From Roseibacillus sp. (GTDB taxonomy: Bacteria > Verrucomicrobiota > Verrucomicrobiia > Verrucomicrobiales > Akkermansiaceae): DNA of 64,000 bases. Positions 28,299 through 39,700 of the stretch are shown here, piece after piece. Position numbers and translations under genes: made by a program. The DNA lies in the NCBI GenBank assembly GCA_965242925.1, contig CBDEUM010000029.1, positions 320,001 through 384,000 on the forward strand, given 5' to 3'. Positions within the stretch are counted from its first letter, which is position 1. Every line of letters begins with the position of its first letter. The notes under the pieces were generated by a model that was not told where the DNA came from, searched no databases, and was given only the letters and a program-made list of their open reading frames with translations.

Positions 28299-30929
28299 AT
28301 GAGGTTCTGGTCCAGCATACACCGGCTCCTGGTGATCCTCGAGGTGGGCGTTCTTGCCGTTGGTGTGGCGGAGGGCGAGGAGGCTGATGAAGCTGCGACA
28401 GAGCCTCAAGCCCTCTGGTCATTGCAACCGTTAAGCAGGTTGGCTCCACCTGCAGCTGGTCATCCGGTTGATGCGTTCCTTGGCCTGCCGGCGGGCCCCT
28501 CTGCTGACCGGCGGGCCCTTATCCGGCGTGCGAGCTATGGTTTGACAGGTCTGCCGCCCGCGCCGGATCTGGTCGGGGAGTTCGTTGCCGACGAGCGACC
28601 TGATGCCGGGGCCTTCCAGGCGGTGTGCGAGGCGCTTCTTTCCTCCCCCCACTATGGGGAGCACATGGGCCGGCACTGGCTTGATGTGGTGCGCTATGCC
28701 GATACTGCAGGGGAGAACAGTGATCACCCCCTGCCTCATGCCTGGCGCTATCGGAATTGGGTCATAGACGCGTTCAACCGGGATGTTCCCTACAACCAGT
28801 TTGTCAGGCACCAGCTGGCAGGAGATGTGATCTGCAGGGACCTGCCGCCAGCTGAAAAAAATGCCGGGATTATTGCCACCGGTTATCTGGCCATCTCAAG
28901 GCGATTCGGTCACGACATCGACAAGAGGAAATACCTCATGTACGAAGACACGATTGACAACCTCGGCAAGGCTTTTCTCGGGCTGTCGATTTCCTGTGCG
29001 CGCTGTCATGACCATAAGCATGATCCCATCTCGATGCGGGATTATTATGCGCTCTATGGGATCTTTGACAGTACGACTTTTTCCTTTCCAGGCTGCGAAC
29101 CTAAGGCGCAGCCCCGGGATCTCATTCCTCTTGCGGCGGAGCAGGGCCAGCTGGAGCGGAAGGCCTGGGAGAAGCGTCGCGACGAATTGCAGGACCGGGT
29201 TACTCCGAAGGGGCGGGACCGGGCTGCCAAGGCCCTGCGCGAGCGGGCCGCCGGGTGTTCCAGAATCCTGTCTGCCGGCAAGGTTCCAGATAGAGGCTCA
29301 GTGGTGGTGACCCGGGATCCACTGGTGCAGAAAGTGCGGGTGGGAGAGGCCCTGCAACTTGCGATTCTTCCCGAGGGGAGTCATGGGGCGGACACCACCA
29401 TTGTTGACCTTATGATTTCCCATGGCCAGGGGGAGGCGTTGCAACAGTGGTCCCTCAAGGACCTTCTTGATGACTTGCTCGTATCCAATCCGCACTCCGC
29501 CACGGGGGGAGCGGAATGGTGCTTCCTCGATATCGGGGATCCAGACCCCGCGTTTCTCAGTGTGCGCAACGGCGCTGTGGACGGTCACAAGGAATTGAAG
29601 TCCTGGAACGCCTCGGGAGGAGGATTGCCCTCCGTGACGGTCAACAGGGGGGAGGTTCCGGTTAAAGTTTGGCATACCCTGCCGCCGCGGACGTTTTTCT
29701 GTCATCCAAGCGCCCGGGGAGCGGTGGCAATCACCTGGTTGAGTCCGGTGGATGGGGAGGTTTCCATCAGCCTGACGATCAAGGATGGGCATCCCTGGAA
29801 GACAGGAGAGACGGTGGGCTGGCGTCTTGAGCATTTTAACGATCCTGGTATGGCCGTGGCCTACCGGGCTCTGGGTGAATCCATGGTCCCGGGTCCGGAA
29901 GTGGAGGAGGAACTTGCCGCTCACATGGCGGCGCAACCGAAGATCGAATACGCGTACGCTGTAGCAGAGGGTCAGGCCCGTGACGCCAGAATCCACAAGC
30001 GGGGGAATCATGAGGACCTGGGGGAAGAGGTGCCCCGGGACTACCTTGCCGTTCTTGGAGGAGGGGGACTGGGAGACGAGAACACCAGTGGAAGGCATTC
30101 CCTCGCCGAACGTATTGTAGGTAAGAGCAGTCCCCTGGCGGCACGTGTCATGGTCAACCGGGTCTGGTCCTGGCACTTTGGTCGCGGCCTGGTGACCACC
30201 CCCAATGACTTCGGAAATCACGGAGCGGCCCCCACCCATCCGGAATTGCTCGATTACCTGGCGGGCTATTTTATTGATCACGGGTGGAGCATGAAGGCGC
30301 TGAACAGGTTGATCCTGGGGAGCGAGGCCTATCGGCGGACTGCAGGAGAGGCTGATGGGAGCTACGAGGGATTTCCCCGCCGCCGCATGAGAGCCGAGGA
30401 ATTGCGCGATACCCTGCTGGTGGCCAGTGGAGAACTGGATCGCATGCCGGGGAGAGGGCACCCTTTTCCACCGGAGTCGAAATGGGATTTTACCCAGCAT
30501 GCTCCTTTCGCCGCGGAATATGAGACCATGCACCGTAGCGTCTATGTCATGCGTAAACGGAACCGCAGTAACCGGTTCTTTGCCCTGTTCAATGGTGCGG
30601 ATCCCAATGCCAGCACCGCGGTGCGGGACGTGAGCACGGTGCCCACCCAGGCCCTTTACTTCCTCAACGATCCCTTCTTCCACCGTTGTGCGGAGAAGTT
30701 TGCGGAGCGTGTTTTGAGGGCGGGATCGGATCCGGGGAGCCGGCTCGACTTCGCGTGCCGCGAATTGTTTGCACGAGCGGTGCGCGACGAGGAGGTGATT
30801 GCTTTCCGGGAATTCGCAGAGGTTCTACGGCCCACCGTGCCGGGAGACCAGAAGGCGGTGGAGCAGGAGCTCTGGAAGGCTTACGCACGTGTCCTGCTTG
30901 GCTGCAACGAGCTCCTTCATATCGACTGA
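28299..30929 (+). CDS. DUF1549/DUF1553 (PSCyt2/PSD1) domain protein
   Basis: WSLQP, LIRRA...LTGLPP, YGEHMGRHWLDVVRYADT, CARCHDHK.DP, ARVMVNRVW..HFGRGLV.TP.DFG, HPELLDYLA, TVPTQAL...N. Confidence 0.93.
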   Translation: MRFWSSIHRLLVILEVGVLAVGVAEGEEADEAATEPQALWSLQPLSRLAPPAAGHPVDAFLGLPAGPSADRRALIRRASYGLTGLPPAPDLVGEFVADERPDAGAFQAVCEALLSSPHYGEHMGRHWLDVVRYADTAGENSDHPLPHAWRYRNWVIDAFNRDVPYNQFVRHQLAGDVICRDLPPAEKNAGIIATGYLAISRRFGHDIDKRKYLMYEDTIDNLGKAFLGLSISCARCHDHKHDPISMRDYYALYGIFDSTTFSFPGCEPKAQPRDLIPLAAEQGQLERKAWEKRRDELQDRVTPKGRDRAAKALRERAAGCSRILSAGKVPDRGSVVVTRDPLVQKVRVGEALQLAILPEGSHGADTTIVDLMISHGQGEALQQWSLKDLLDDLLVSNPHSATGGAEWCFLDIGDPDPAFLSVRNGAVDGHKELKSWNASGGGLPSVTVNRGEVPVKVWHTLPPRTFFCHPSARGAVAITWLSPVDGEVSISLTIKDGHPWKTGETVGWRLEHFNDPGMAVAYRALGESMVPGPEVEEELAAHMAAQPKIEYAYAVAEGQARDARIHKRGNHEDLGEEVPRDYLAVLGGGGLGDENTSGRHSLAERIVGKSSPLAARVMVNRVWSWHFGRGLVTTPNDFGNHGAAPTHPELLDYLAGYFIDHGWSMKALNRLILGSEAYRRTAGEADGSYEGFPRRRMRAEELRDTLLVASGELDRMPGRGHPFPPESKWDFTQHAPFAAEYETMHRSVYVMRKRNRSNRFFALFNGADPNASTAVRDVSTVPTQALYFLNDPFFHRCAEKFAERVLRAGSDPGSRLDFACRELFARAVRDEEVIAFREFAEVLRPTVPGDQKAVEQELWKAYARVLLGCNELLHID

Positions 30930-30933
30930 CTCC

Positions 30934-32340
30934 ATGCGCATGAATGAATCCTTCAACGACCGGCGTAGCTTCGTCCGTTCCTTCGTGGCGGGTTCGGCGC
31001 TCATGCCGGGACTGCTGCAGGAACTGGCCGCAGCCGACACCGCAGCGGCTGATCCCCTGGCCTCGAGGCCGGGGCATTACCCGGCCAAGGCCAAGCGGGT
31101 AATCTTTCTCTTCATGACAGGCGGGGTCTCCCATGTGGATACCTTTGATCCCAAGCCCAGGCTCAAGGCGGACGTGGGCAAGGAAGTGAAGGCCGACCAC
31201 CCCGAGATCCAGGACCGCCCCGGCTATGAGCGCATTTTCCTCAAGGCTCCCCAGTGGGAGTTTTCTCCCTACGGGCAATGTGGAACGGAAGTGAGCTCAC
31301 TTTTTCCCGAGGTGGGAACCTGCGTCGATGATATTGCCCTGATCCGGTCGATGCACACCGACCACTCGAATCATTATAATGCAACCTTGGGAATGCATAC
31401 CGGTTCCTTCGCCTTTGCACGGCCCAGCATCGGGTCATGGGTCAGCTACGGTCTGGGCGCCCTCAACCAGAACCTGCCTTCCTTCATCACCATCGCACCC
31501 CGGCAGACCTATGCCGGCACCCAGGTCTACGCCAGTGACTTTCTACCCGGCGCACACCAGGGAACGCTGGTGGTTCCGGGTCCGCAGCCTATTGCCAACG
31601 TTAAGCCGCGGATCGGGATGCCGCGGCAGGAACTGGAACTGGCCGCCCTGCGCCGCCTTAACCGCCAACACCTGGCACACCGTAGCGGCCATGCCCTGGC
31701 GGAGGCCCGCATCAAGAGTTTTGAGACCGCCTTTGGCATGCAGATGGCCGCTCCGGAGGCCTTCGACTTCTCGGGCGAGACCAATGCCACTCACGAGCTC
31801 TACGGCCTGGAGCGGGGAAGCACGGCGGGCTTTGCCTGGCAGTGTCTTGCGGCGCGGCGACTTGTCGAACGTGGAGTGCGGTTCGTGGAGCTGATTGATA
31901 CCGGATCGAGTGGGAACTGGGATTCCCACGGCAACATGATGGACCATGTCAAGCTGGCCAGGAACGTGGACCAGCCGATTGCGGCCCTTCTGAAGGATCT
32001 CAAGGCACGTGGATTGCTGGAGGACACCCTCGTGGTGTGGACCACTGAATTTGGCCGCACGCCTTTTAACAACAAGGCCGATGCCACTGGACGGGAGCAT
32101 CACAACTGGGCCTTCAGTTCCTGGTTGGCCGGGGCCGGGGTGAAGCCTGGGATCGTCCATGGATCAACGGACGAGTACGGCATGAAGCCCGACAGGGATT
32201 CCGTCCACGTCCACGACTTCCACGCCACCATCCTGCACCTCATGGGCCTCGATCACGAGAAGCTCACCTACCGGCATTCCGGCCGGGATTACCGGCTGAC
32301 CGATGTTTACGGGGAGGTAGTGGGGGGGGTGCTGGCCTGA
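30934..32340 (+). CDS. DUF1501 family protein (Tat-like)
   Basis: RRSFV, AKAKRVIFLFM.GG.SHVDTFDPKP, CLAARRLVERGVRFVEL, WDSH, EFGRTP, VHDFHATILHLMG.DH..LTY. Starts 5 nt after the DUF1549/1553 gene. Confidence 0.94.
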   Translation: MRMNESFNDRRSFVRSFVAGSALMPGLLQELAAADTAAADPLASRPGHYPAKAKRVIFLFMTGGVSHVDTFDPKPRLKADVGKEVKADHPEIQDRPGYERIFLKAPQWEFSPYGQCGTEVSSLFPEVGTCVDDIALIRSMHTDHSNHYNATLGMHTGSFAFARPSIGSWVSYGLGALNQNLPSFITIAPRQTYAGTQVYASDFLPGAHQGTLVVPGPQPIANVKPRIGMPRQELELAALRRLNRQHLAHRSGHALAEARIKSFETAFGMQMAAPEAFDFSGETNATHELYGLERGSTAGFAWQCLAARRLVERGVRFVELIDTGSSGNWDSHGNMMDHVKLARNVDQPIAALLKDLKARGLLEDTLVVWTTEFGRTPFNNKADATGREHHNWAFSSWLAGAGVKPGIVHGSTDEYGMKPDRDSVHVHDFHATILHLMGLDHEKLTYRHSGRDYRLTDVYGEVVGGVLA

Positions 32341-32350
32341 GACAGCAATA

Positions 32351-33645
32351 TCAATCCCGCCAGTAGGTTGATTTCTTCCCGACCTGGTAGGCGATATTCA
32401 TCTCCGGAGTTTCGATCTTCACCCCGCCGCGGTGCAGGGAGTTCACTCCTGCGATGACCATCCCGGAGGTGAGGAGGGTGCGCTCGGCAGGATAGGGAAC
32501 CTTTCCGGTCAGCACGCAGTCCTCGATGTGGCGGCAGAGAGGATGGAAGAAGTCGGCGGTAGAGGATCCGTGGGTGGGCATGGGAAGATACATCTGGGTG
32601 GAGACGACTTCGTTGTTGTCGGCCCGGAGTCCGGCGTAGTTGAAATCCTGGATGCCGACCAGGAGCATGGTGGTGCGGAAGCCGTCGAGATGTTCGATGA
32701 GGTAGCCGGTGGCATTGGCGAACTTTTCCCGGATCCATCCGAAGTCGATGCGGCCGGAATAGTAGCCGGTCTCCACCGGCAGGTTGTGGCTCCGGGTGAG
32801 GGCGGAGCGGATGAGGCGCCGGGTGTCCTGCCTCTCCGGACGGGAGAGCGCTTCCCAGAGTTTCCCGTTACGCAGGGCGTGGACGCTCTTGATTCCTGCT
32901 TCGCCCCCCTTGCGGCGTTCAGACATGCACTGGGCGGTCTCCAGGGCGTGAATGTCATAGCTGTCCACCCCTCCGTAGGCCACGCACACACTTTCCTTGA
33001 GAGGAACGCCATGGGGCATGTCGAGGGAGGGCAGGCGACGGGTGACCGGGAGCGAGGAACCGGCAAAGAAGGGGAAGTTGAGACGTTTGGAATCTTCCAC
33101 CATTTCCACGCACTCCTTCCAGTTGGTGGAGAGGTGCTTGTCATTGAAAACGGGGACGCTGCGGCCGGACGCCTCGAATACCTTCACGCATTTCTTGAAC
33201 CACTTCGTATCGCGGGATAGAGTTTCTGGCCTTTCTCATTGTTGGGATAGTCACCATGCTCCGCGATGATGGCCACGCCGTCGACGGCGAGCTTGCCCGT
33301 GCCGAGGGTGAGTGCTTGCTCGATGTCGGGGTAGAGTTTGAGGCCGTACTTCTTTACCCGCTGGCGAGCGAGGTCTCCGCTCTCTGGAAACTGCTCGATG
33401 TAGACCGAGGCGACATCGACCCGGGGATCTTGCCATTCGCCACGCCATCCATAGCCGAGGGCCAAGCGGTCGAGGAAGTGTTGGGCGTGCGAGTGAGTGC
33501 GCACCACCGTGCCGAGGAAGGCGACCTTCTTGCGCGCCTTACCGGGGGCGGCGTCCTCGTCTTGAGCGCGGAGGTAGGAGGCAGAGGCGAGAGTAGTTCC
33601 CGCTGCGGTGAGGCGGGTAAGAAAGGAACGGCGGTCGGAGTGCAT
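32351..33645 (-). CDS. Tat-exported conserved hypothetical protein (possibly Gfo/Idh/MocA-like fold), frameshifted near 33204-33216
   Basis: MHSDRRSFL Tat signal. The upstream ORF ends ...EHGDYPNNEKGQKLYP and the downstream ORF continues VKVFEASGRSVPVFNDKHLS; deleting two single bases restores YPRYEWFKKCVK. Confidence 0.75.
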
Positions 33646-33779
33646 GGCTTGCTGATTCAGGGTTGGGTAATTCGTTGAGAGGACGGAGAACGTGCCGATT
33701 GCCAAGAGATCGTTTGACAGGTCTTGGGCTGGGGTGAAAGGAGCTTTTCAGACAGTTCTTTCAGTGTTACTTCCGCAGG

Positions 33780-36700
33780 ATGCCGCCAATGCAACAAGAC
33801 GGGTGGGGGAGAAGGTCATTCCTTGGCGCGCTCCTCGTCTGGTTGGGCGTTGGAGCGATGGTGCAGGTGCAGGGGCAGACCTTCATCAACCGCAGCGAAG
33901 AGCTGGGAGTTGCGGGCGGGAGCACTGCCTGCTGGTTCGATATGAACAACGACGGCTGGGTGGACGTGTTGGTGGGAGGAACCCTCTACCGAAATCTCCG
34001 GGGCCAATCGTTTGCCGCGGTGGGCGACTTCGGCGCCTGTGTGGCGGGTGACTTCGATAATGATGGGTTGACCGATCTGTTCGCCTACGGCGGGGCCCAG
34101 GTGTATCGGAACATCGACGGGCAATCGTTCGAGGCCCTGGCCATGCCGGACCGGCCCGCGGGAGCGCATCTGGGGGCGGCCCTCTGTGATTTGAATGGGG
34201 ATGGATACCTCGACGTCTACGTCGGTGGTTACGAGGCCTGGCCCTCGGAGACCCATGCCGATTTCATCCTGCACAACAGGGCGGGAAGGGTCTTCTCGGT
34301 GACCTGGAGCGAGGTTCGCTACCGGGCGCGTGGGGTGACCGCTTGCGACTATGACCGCGATGCTGATGTGGACATCTACGTCTCCAATTATCGCCTCCAG
34401 CCCAACGTCCTCTGGCAGAACCAGGGCGACTACACCTTCCTCGACAAGGCCGCGGAGTTCAATGCCCTCGCCACTGATCGCGGATTTGGCGGCGGGCACT
34501 CCATCGGATCCTGCTGGGGGGATTTCAACGACGATGGGCACATCGATCTCTTTGCGGGTAACTTCGCGCACAACGACGGCCGCGGCCACCAACCGGAATC
34601 GCACTGTCTCCTGAATCGCGGACCGGAGGGTAATTATCACTTCGAGGATCTGGGACAGCGCGGGGTGTTCTATCAGGAAAGCTACGCCAGTCCCTCAGCG
34701 GGCGACTTTGACAACGACGGCGACCTCGATCTCTTTTTCACTACGGTCTACGGGGTGGCCTCCTTTGGGGTCCCCAACAACCCGGTCCTCTTCCAGAACG
34801 ACGGATCGTTTAATTTTGGCAACGCGACCGGTGCAGCGGGTCTGGGCGGCCTGCCCGCAACATATCAGGCGGCCTGGGCCGACTTCGACAATGACGGCGA
34901 CCTCGACCTGATGGCCGGCGGGTCGCTCTTCGAGAACCAGGGTGGAACCGGCAACAGCTGGCTCAAGGTGACCCTGGAGGGCGACGGGCGCACGGTGAAC
35001 CGCTCCGCCATCGGAGCTCAGGTGCGCATTCCGCTTCCCGGCGGGCGGATCCTCACCCGTCACGTGGAGGCCGGGACCGGGCAGGGGAACCAGAACGAAC
35101 TTACCCTGCACTTCGGTCTGGGGACCCACCGCGCTCCGGTCAACCTCGAGATCTTTTGGCCTGATGGGACCAGCCAACTGGTCGAGAACGTGGCCTTGAA
35201 TCAGAGGGTGACCTACCTGCGTGAACCGTTGGTCGAGATCGTGCGCCCATCCGGCCCAATGGTGCTGGAAGTTGGGGCCAGCCTTCACCTGGACGCCGCT
35301 CGCAAGGACGATGAGGTGACGGTGAACTGGTCGGTAGAATCCGCTCCGCCAGCATCCAGCGTCGCGATCGCGGACCGCGATGCGCTTCAAACGGAAGTGA
35401 GGTTCTATAAGCCCGGTGAATACCAACTGCGCGTCACGGGCAGGCGGGCGGGAATCGTGAGCTTCCAGAATCTGATGGTGGTGGTGGTGGAGGACGGATT
35501 GCAATCCCGCCCCGCGGCCTGGTGGAAGTTCGATGACGGAGCCGGAACGACATTGTTAGATTCAACCGAGTGGAATCAGGACGGCCGCCTGCTCGGCTAC
35601 GGAGATGGAGCGCAGGGATGGCTGGAGGAGGGCGCGGGGGCAGTGGCTGGCGCCTTGTCGTTCGATCCGGCCTCCATGCAGTACGTGGATCTGGGCAGGC
35701 GGGTGCACGGTCTTGTCTCGCTGGATGCCGGAACGCTGGCCGTTTGGCTTCGCAGCAGCGGGAATGGCGAACGTCCGATCTTTCAATTCACCTCTCCTCG
35801 ATCCGGCGACGTGATGCGCTGGATCCTGCGCGACGGCTTCCTGCACTTCGAGAACGGGCGGATCGGGGTGAACGAGAGCACCGCGGTGCGATGGCCGGTT
35901 CCGCTGAACGACAACCAGTGGCATCACGCTGCCCTGACCTGCGACCGCTCCGGGGTGGCGACCCTTTATCTCGATGGAGAACTGGTCTCCTACGGCCGCG
36001 TGCCCTTCCTCTCCGCGGTGGGGGCCGGCGGCCAGCTGCAGATTGGGAGTGCGACGGGTTCGATCGGCGCCCCGGTCTACTTCAGTGGGGCGCTCGATGA
36101 CTTGCGCATCTACCCGGAGGTTCTCGACTCCCACGAGGTGGCACGGTTGTCCACTCCGCCGACCGGCGCAACTCCGGCTCCCAGGATCGTTCTCCCCGCC
36201 GCCAGCATTACCTCGCCCGGGTCCATCCTCGCCCTGGATGCCTTTCCGGTGGCAGTTGAGGAGGGGGTGATCCGCTGGGAACAGCGCGAGGGGCCGGGCA
36301 CGGTTGAGTTTTCCGATCCCGGTCAGAACACCGGCACAGTCACCTTCCCGCTCCCGGGAACCTACCGGCTGCGAATCATTTCGGAAGCGAGCAGCGTCAC
36401 CACCTCCCGGGAACTTACCGTGATCTATGCCGGCGGGGCGGCGGGCGCTCCGGCCAGTATCGAGGTTGGCGATCGCGAGCTCACCCAGGCGCGGACCCGG
36501 TGGGAACTCGAACTGGCGCCGATCTTCGCCGACCCGGATCATGATGACAGTGAACTAAACTACTCGGTGAACGTCGCGGGTGAGGGTGGAGAACTCTTCG
36601 AGTCGGCCACCGTGGTGGGAGGGGGCCTTCGGGAGGGACCACTTCGCCTGGCCCTCTTGCCGCGGACCGGTGCGGAAGGCGAGGCCATGGTGCAAATCGT

Positions 36701-39700
36701 GGCCGTTGATCCCGATGGGAATCAGGCCGCCACCGAGTTCAAAGTTACCATCTCGAACTCGCCGCCGCTGGTGCTCGGAGCCAGCTTCGCGCTCGATGAA
36801 AATGTGGGAGCCGACTACCCGGTGGGGCGCCTGGTGGCTGTCGATCCGGATGGTGACGAAATCCGTTATCGCATCGTGTCGGGCAATGTGGACCAAGCCT
36901 TCGCGCTCGATCCGCTCACCGGGGAGCTCACCGTTCGCAATCCCGAGGCGGTCGATTTTGAATACCTTGCGAGCTTCGAGCTGGGCATTGCGGTAACCGA
37001 CGAGAGCCACCCCATCTTCGATCGGCCGGTCGCCGTCAGGGTGACCATCAACAACCTGCCCGAGCCGCCGGTGTTGGAGAACGGCCGCATCCTCCTGGGG
37101 GACCGAACCGTTGATTCGGTGGTGGGGCAAGTCTCCGGCAGTGCTCTCGATGGTGGCGCTCTGACTTATGAACTGGTCGAGGGTGATCCCGCCGCGGTCT
37201 TCGCCCTCGAGGCGGGGAGCGGGCAGCTCACTCTCGTCAATCCGGGCGGCATCGGGACTACCAGGCGCTACCAGCTGCTGGTCCGGGCCACCGATGGGGA
37301 AGGGAGATCCACAGAGGCCACCATCGAGGTGACAGTGGGGGAGTACCTCCTGGCGGAAGGGGCCGATGCGCGCTGGAAGGTGCCGGTCGATGATTCGGAA
37401 GATGCCCAGTGGCGGACGCGGCGCTTCAACGATCGGAACTGGACGGAGTCGCCCACCGGCCTGGGCTATGACCGGGGCCCCACCTACGTCCCTCTCATCG
37501 CTAGCGATCTGGGCGGAGAGATGGACGGGGTGAACACGACTGTCTACGTGCGGCAGGCCTTCCAGGTGGCCGATCCCGAAGTCCACGGGCCCATCTTCCT
37601 GCGCATGCGCTACGACGATGGATTTCTGGCCTATCTCAACGGCCAACTGGTGGCAGGACGTCATGCTCCCGACGATCCGGATTGGAAGAGCGAGGCGGTC
37701 ACGAGCCACGACGATAACGAAGCGGTGAAGTTCCAGGAGTTCACCCTGGGTCTGGGCCCTTCGCTCTTGCGACCCGGCACCAACGTGCTGGCCATTCACG
37801 GCCTGAATCACCTGCTGAGCAGTTCTGATTTTCTGCTCACCCCCGAATTGCTGGCTGGTCCGCCGCTTCCGCCTGTGGAGATCTTGCCGGAAGGAGGAGA
37901 GGTCCGGTTCAATGTACCGCTCGATGACACCGACGACGAATTCTGGACGGAACGGGATTTCGACGATTCGGCCTGGCGGCGCGCACCGATGGGCTTGGGC
38001 TACGACGACACGCCGGATTACGATCCTCACATCGCCAGAGACGTGACCGCCGAGATGCAGGGCGTGAATACGGGCATCTATGCGCGGGCTCGATTTCAGG
38101 TCCCCGATCCTTCGCGCTATCGCACTCTGAATTTGGAGATGAAATACGACGACGGCTTCGTGGCTTTCTTCAATGGACTCTACGCCGTCTCTTCCAATGC
38201 CCCGGGACTGCCCGAACTGGCCTGGAACAGCGTGGCGAGTGCAGATCATGGCGACGCTCCAGCGACTTCCTTCTCGTCTTTCCCGCTGCCGCACGAACCG
38301 GACTACTGGTTGGTGGAGGGCGAGAACATCCTCATGCTGCACGGGCTCAACATAGGGATCACCAGCAGTGATTTTCTCATCTCAGCGCGCCTGGTGGGGC
38401 GCCTGGCCGACGCAGCGGGAGGACCGGCCACCATGTTCGCCGAGGGAGCGAGCGAACTCGAAGGGACGCAGGCCAGGGTGAACGGCTCGGTGGTGGCTAC
38501 CGGCGGTTTGCCCGTGCACGTTTTTGCGGTCTATGGCAGGCGGGATCACGGAACGGATATCGCGGCCTGGCCGTATCGTGCCTTCGCGGGATCAGTGGAG
38601 GTGACAGGCAGGGTGTCTCCGCTCCTCCGCAATCTCGAACCGGGGGCCAGTTACAGCGTGCGTTTTTACGCGCAGCGAATCGAAAGTGGCGAGATCGCCG
38701 GGTGGAGCGGCCCGGTCAACTTTGTCAGCGCCGATCCCGAACTGCGTTTCGTGGAATCAGGTGGTCCGGTGCAGATCCTCGTTCCGGAGTCCGCAGAGGA
38801 GACCATTGGCTGGCAAGAGAAGGACTTTACCGTGGATCCTGCTCGCTGGTTGGACAGGATCTCGCCGGTAGGATTCGACGTAGCGGGCAGCTTTCAAGTT
38901 CGGCCCTTCCGCAACGTGGTACGTCAAATGTTTCGCCAGCACACCAGCGCCCTCTTGCGATTCCCCTTTGTGGTTGGTCGTGATGCCGAGATCGACTCCC
39001 TCACCTTGCGCATGAAGTACGACGACGGCTTCGTGGCCTATCTCAACGGGGTCGAAATTGCGCGCTCCAATGCCGGTGCGAACGTGCCGTGGGATGCCAG
39101 CGCTTCCGCCGAGCAGAATGCGGGGGCCGCCGAGATCTTCGAGGAGTTCGATGTCTCGGACTACGCCAGGCTCTTGCGCCCGGGACCCAACGTGCTGGCG
39201 GTGCACGGATTGAATTGGTCCGCCGCCGATCCCGAGTTCCTGATCGGGCCCGAATTGGTGGCGAAGGGATTTGGGGGCTATCTTTCCCCGCTGGATACCT
39301 GGCTCTTCGACCATGAATTTTACGGCGGAGAGGCCGATCCGTCGGCCGATCCCGACCACGACGGACGAAGTCAGGTCGAGGAGTTTGCGGCGGTGAGATT
39401 ACTCGAGTTTCAGGCGATCGATAACGACGCGCTCCTCCTCAGCTACGAACGCCGCCCGGGTTTGCAGGATGATATCCAGCTTTCCGAAGACCTCGTGAAC
39501 TGGTGGCCTGCCCTGCCCGCCGGAATGATTCGCGAGTCGCTCGGGGACGGCGAGTTCGAACGCGTCACTCATCGCTTGCTCACTCCCTCCGCTGCCAATG
39601 ACAAGCTCTTCGTGCGCGTGCTCTCCACCGTGGTTCTGCCGGGCGTCGTCGCGCTTCCCGAGGGAACTCTCCTGGATGAAACCGCCATCATGCACGCCCT

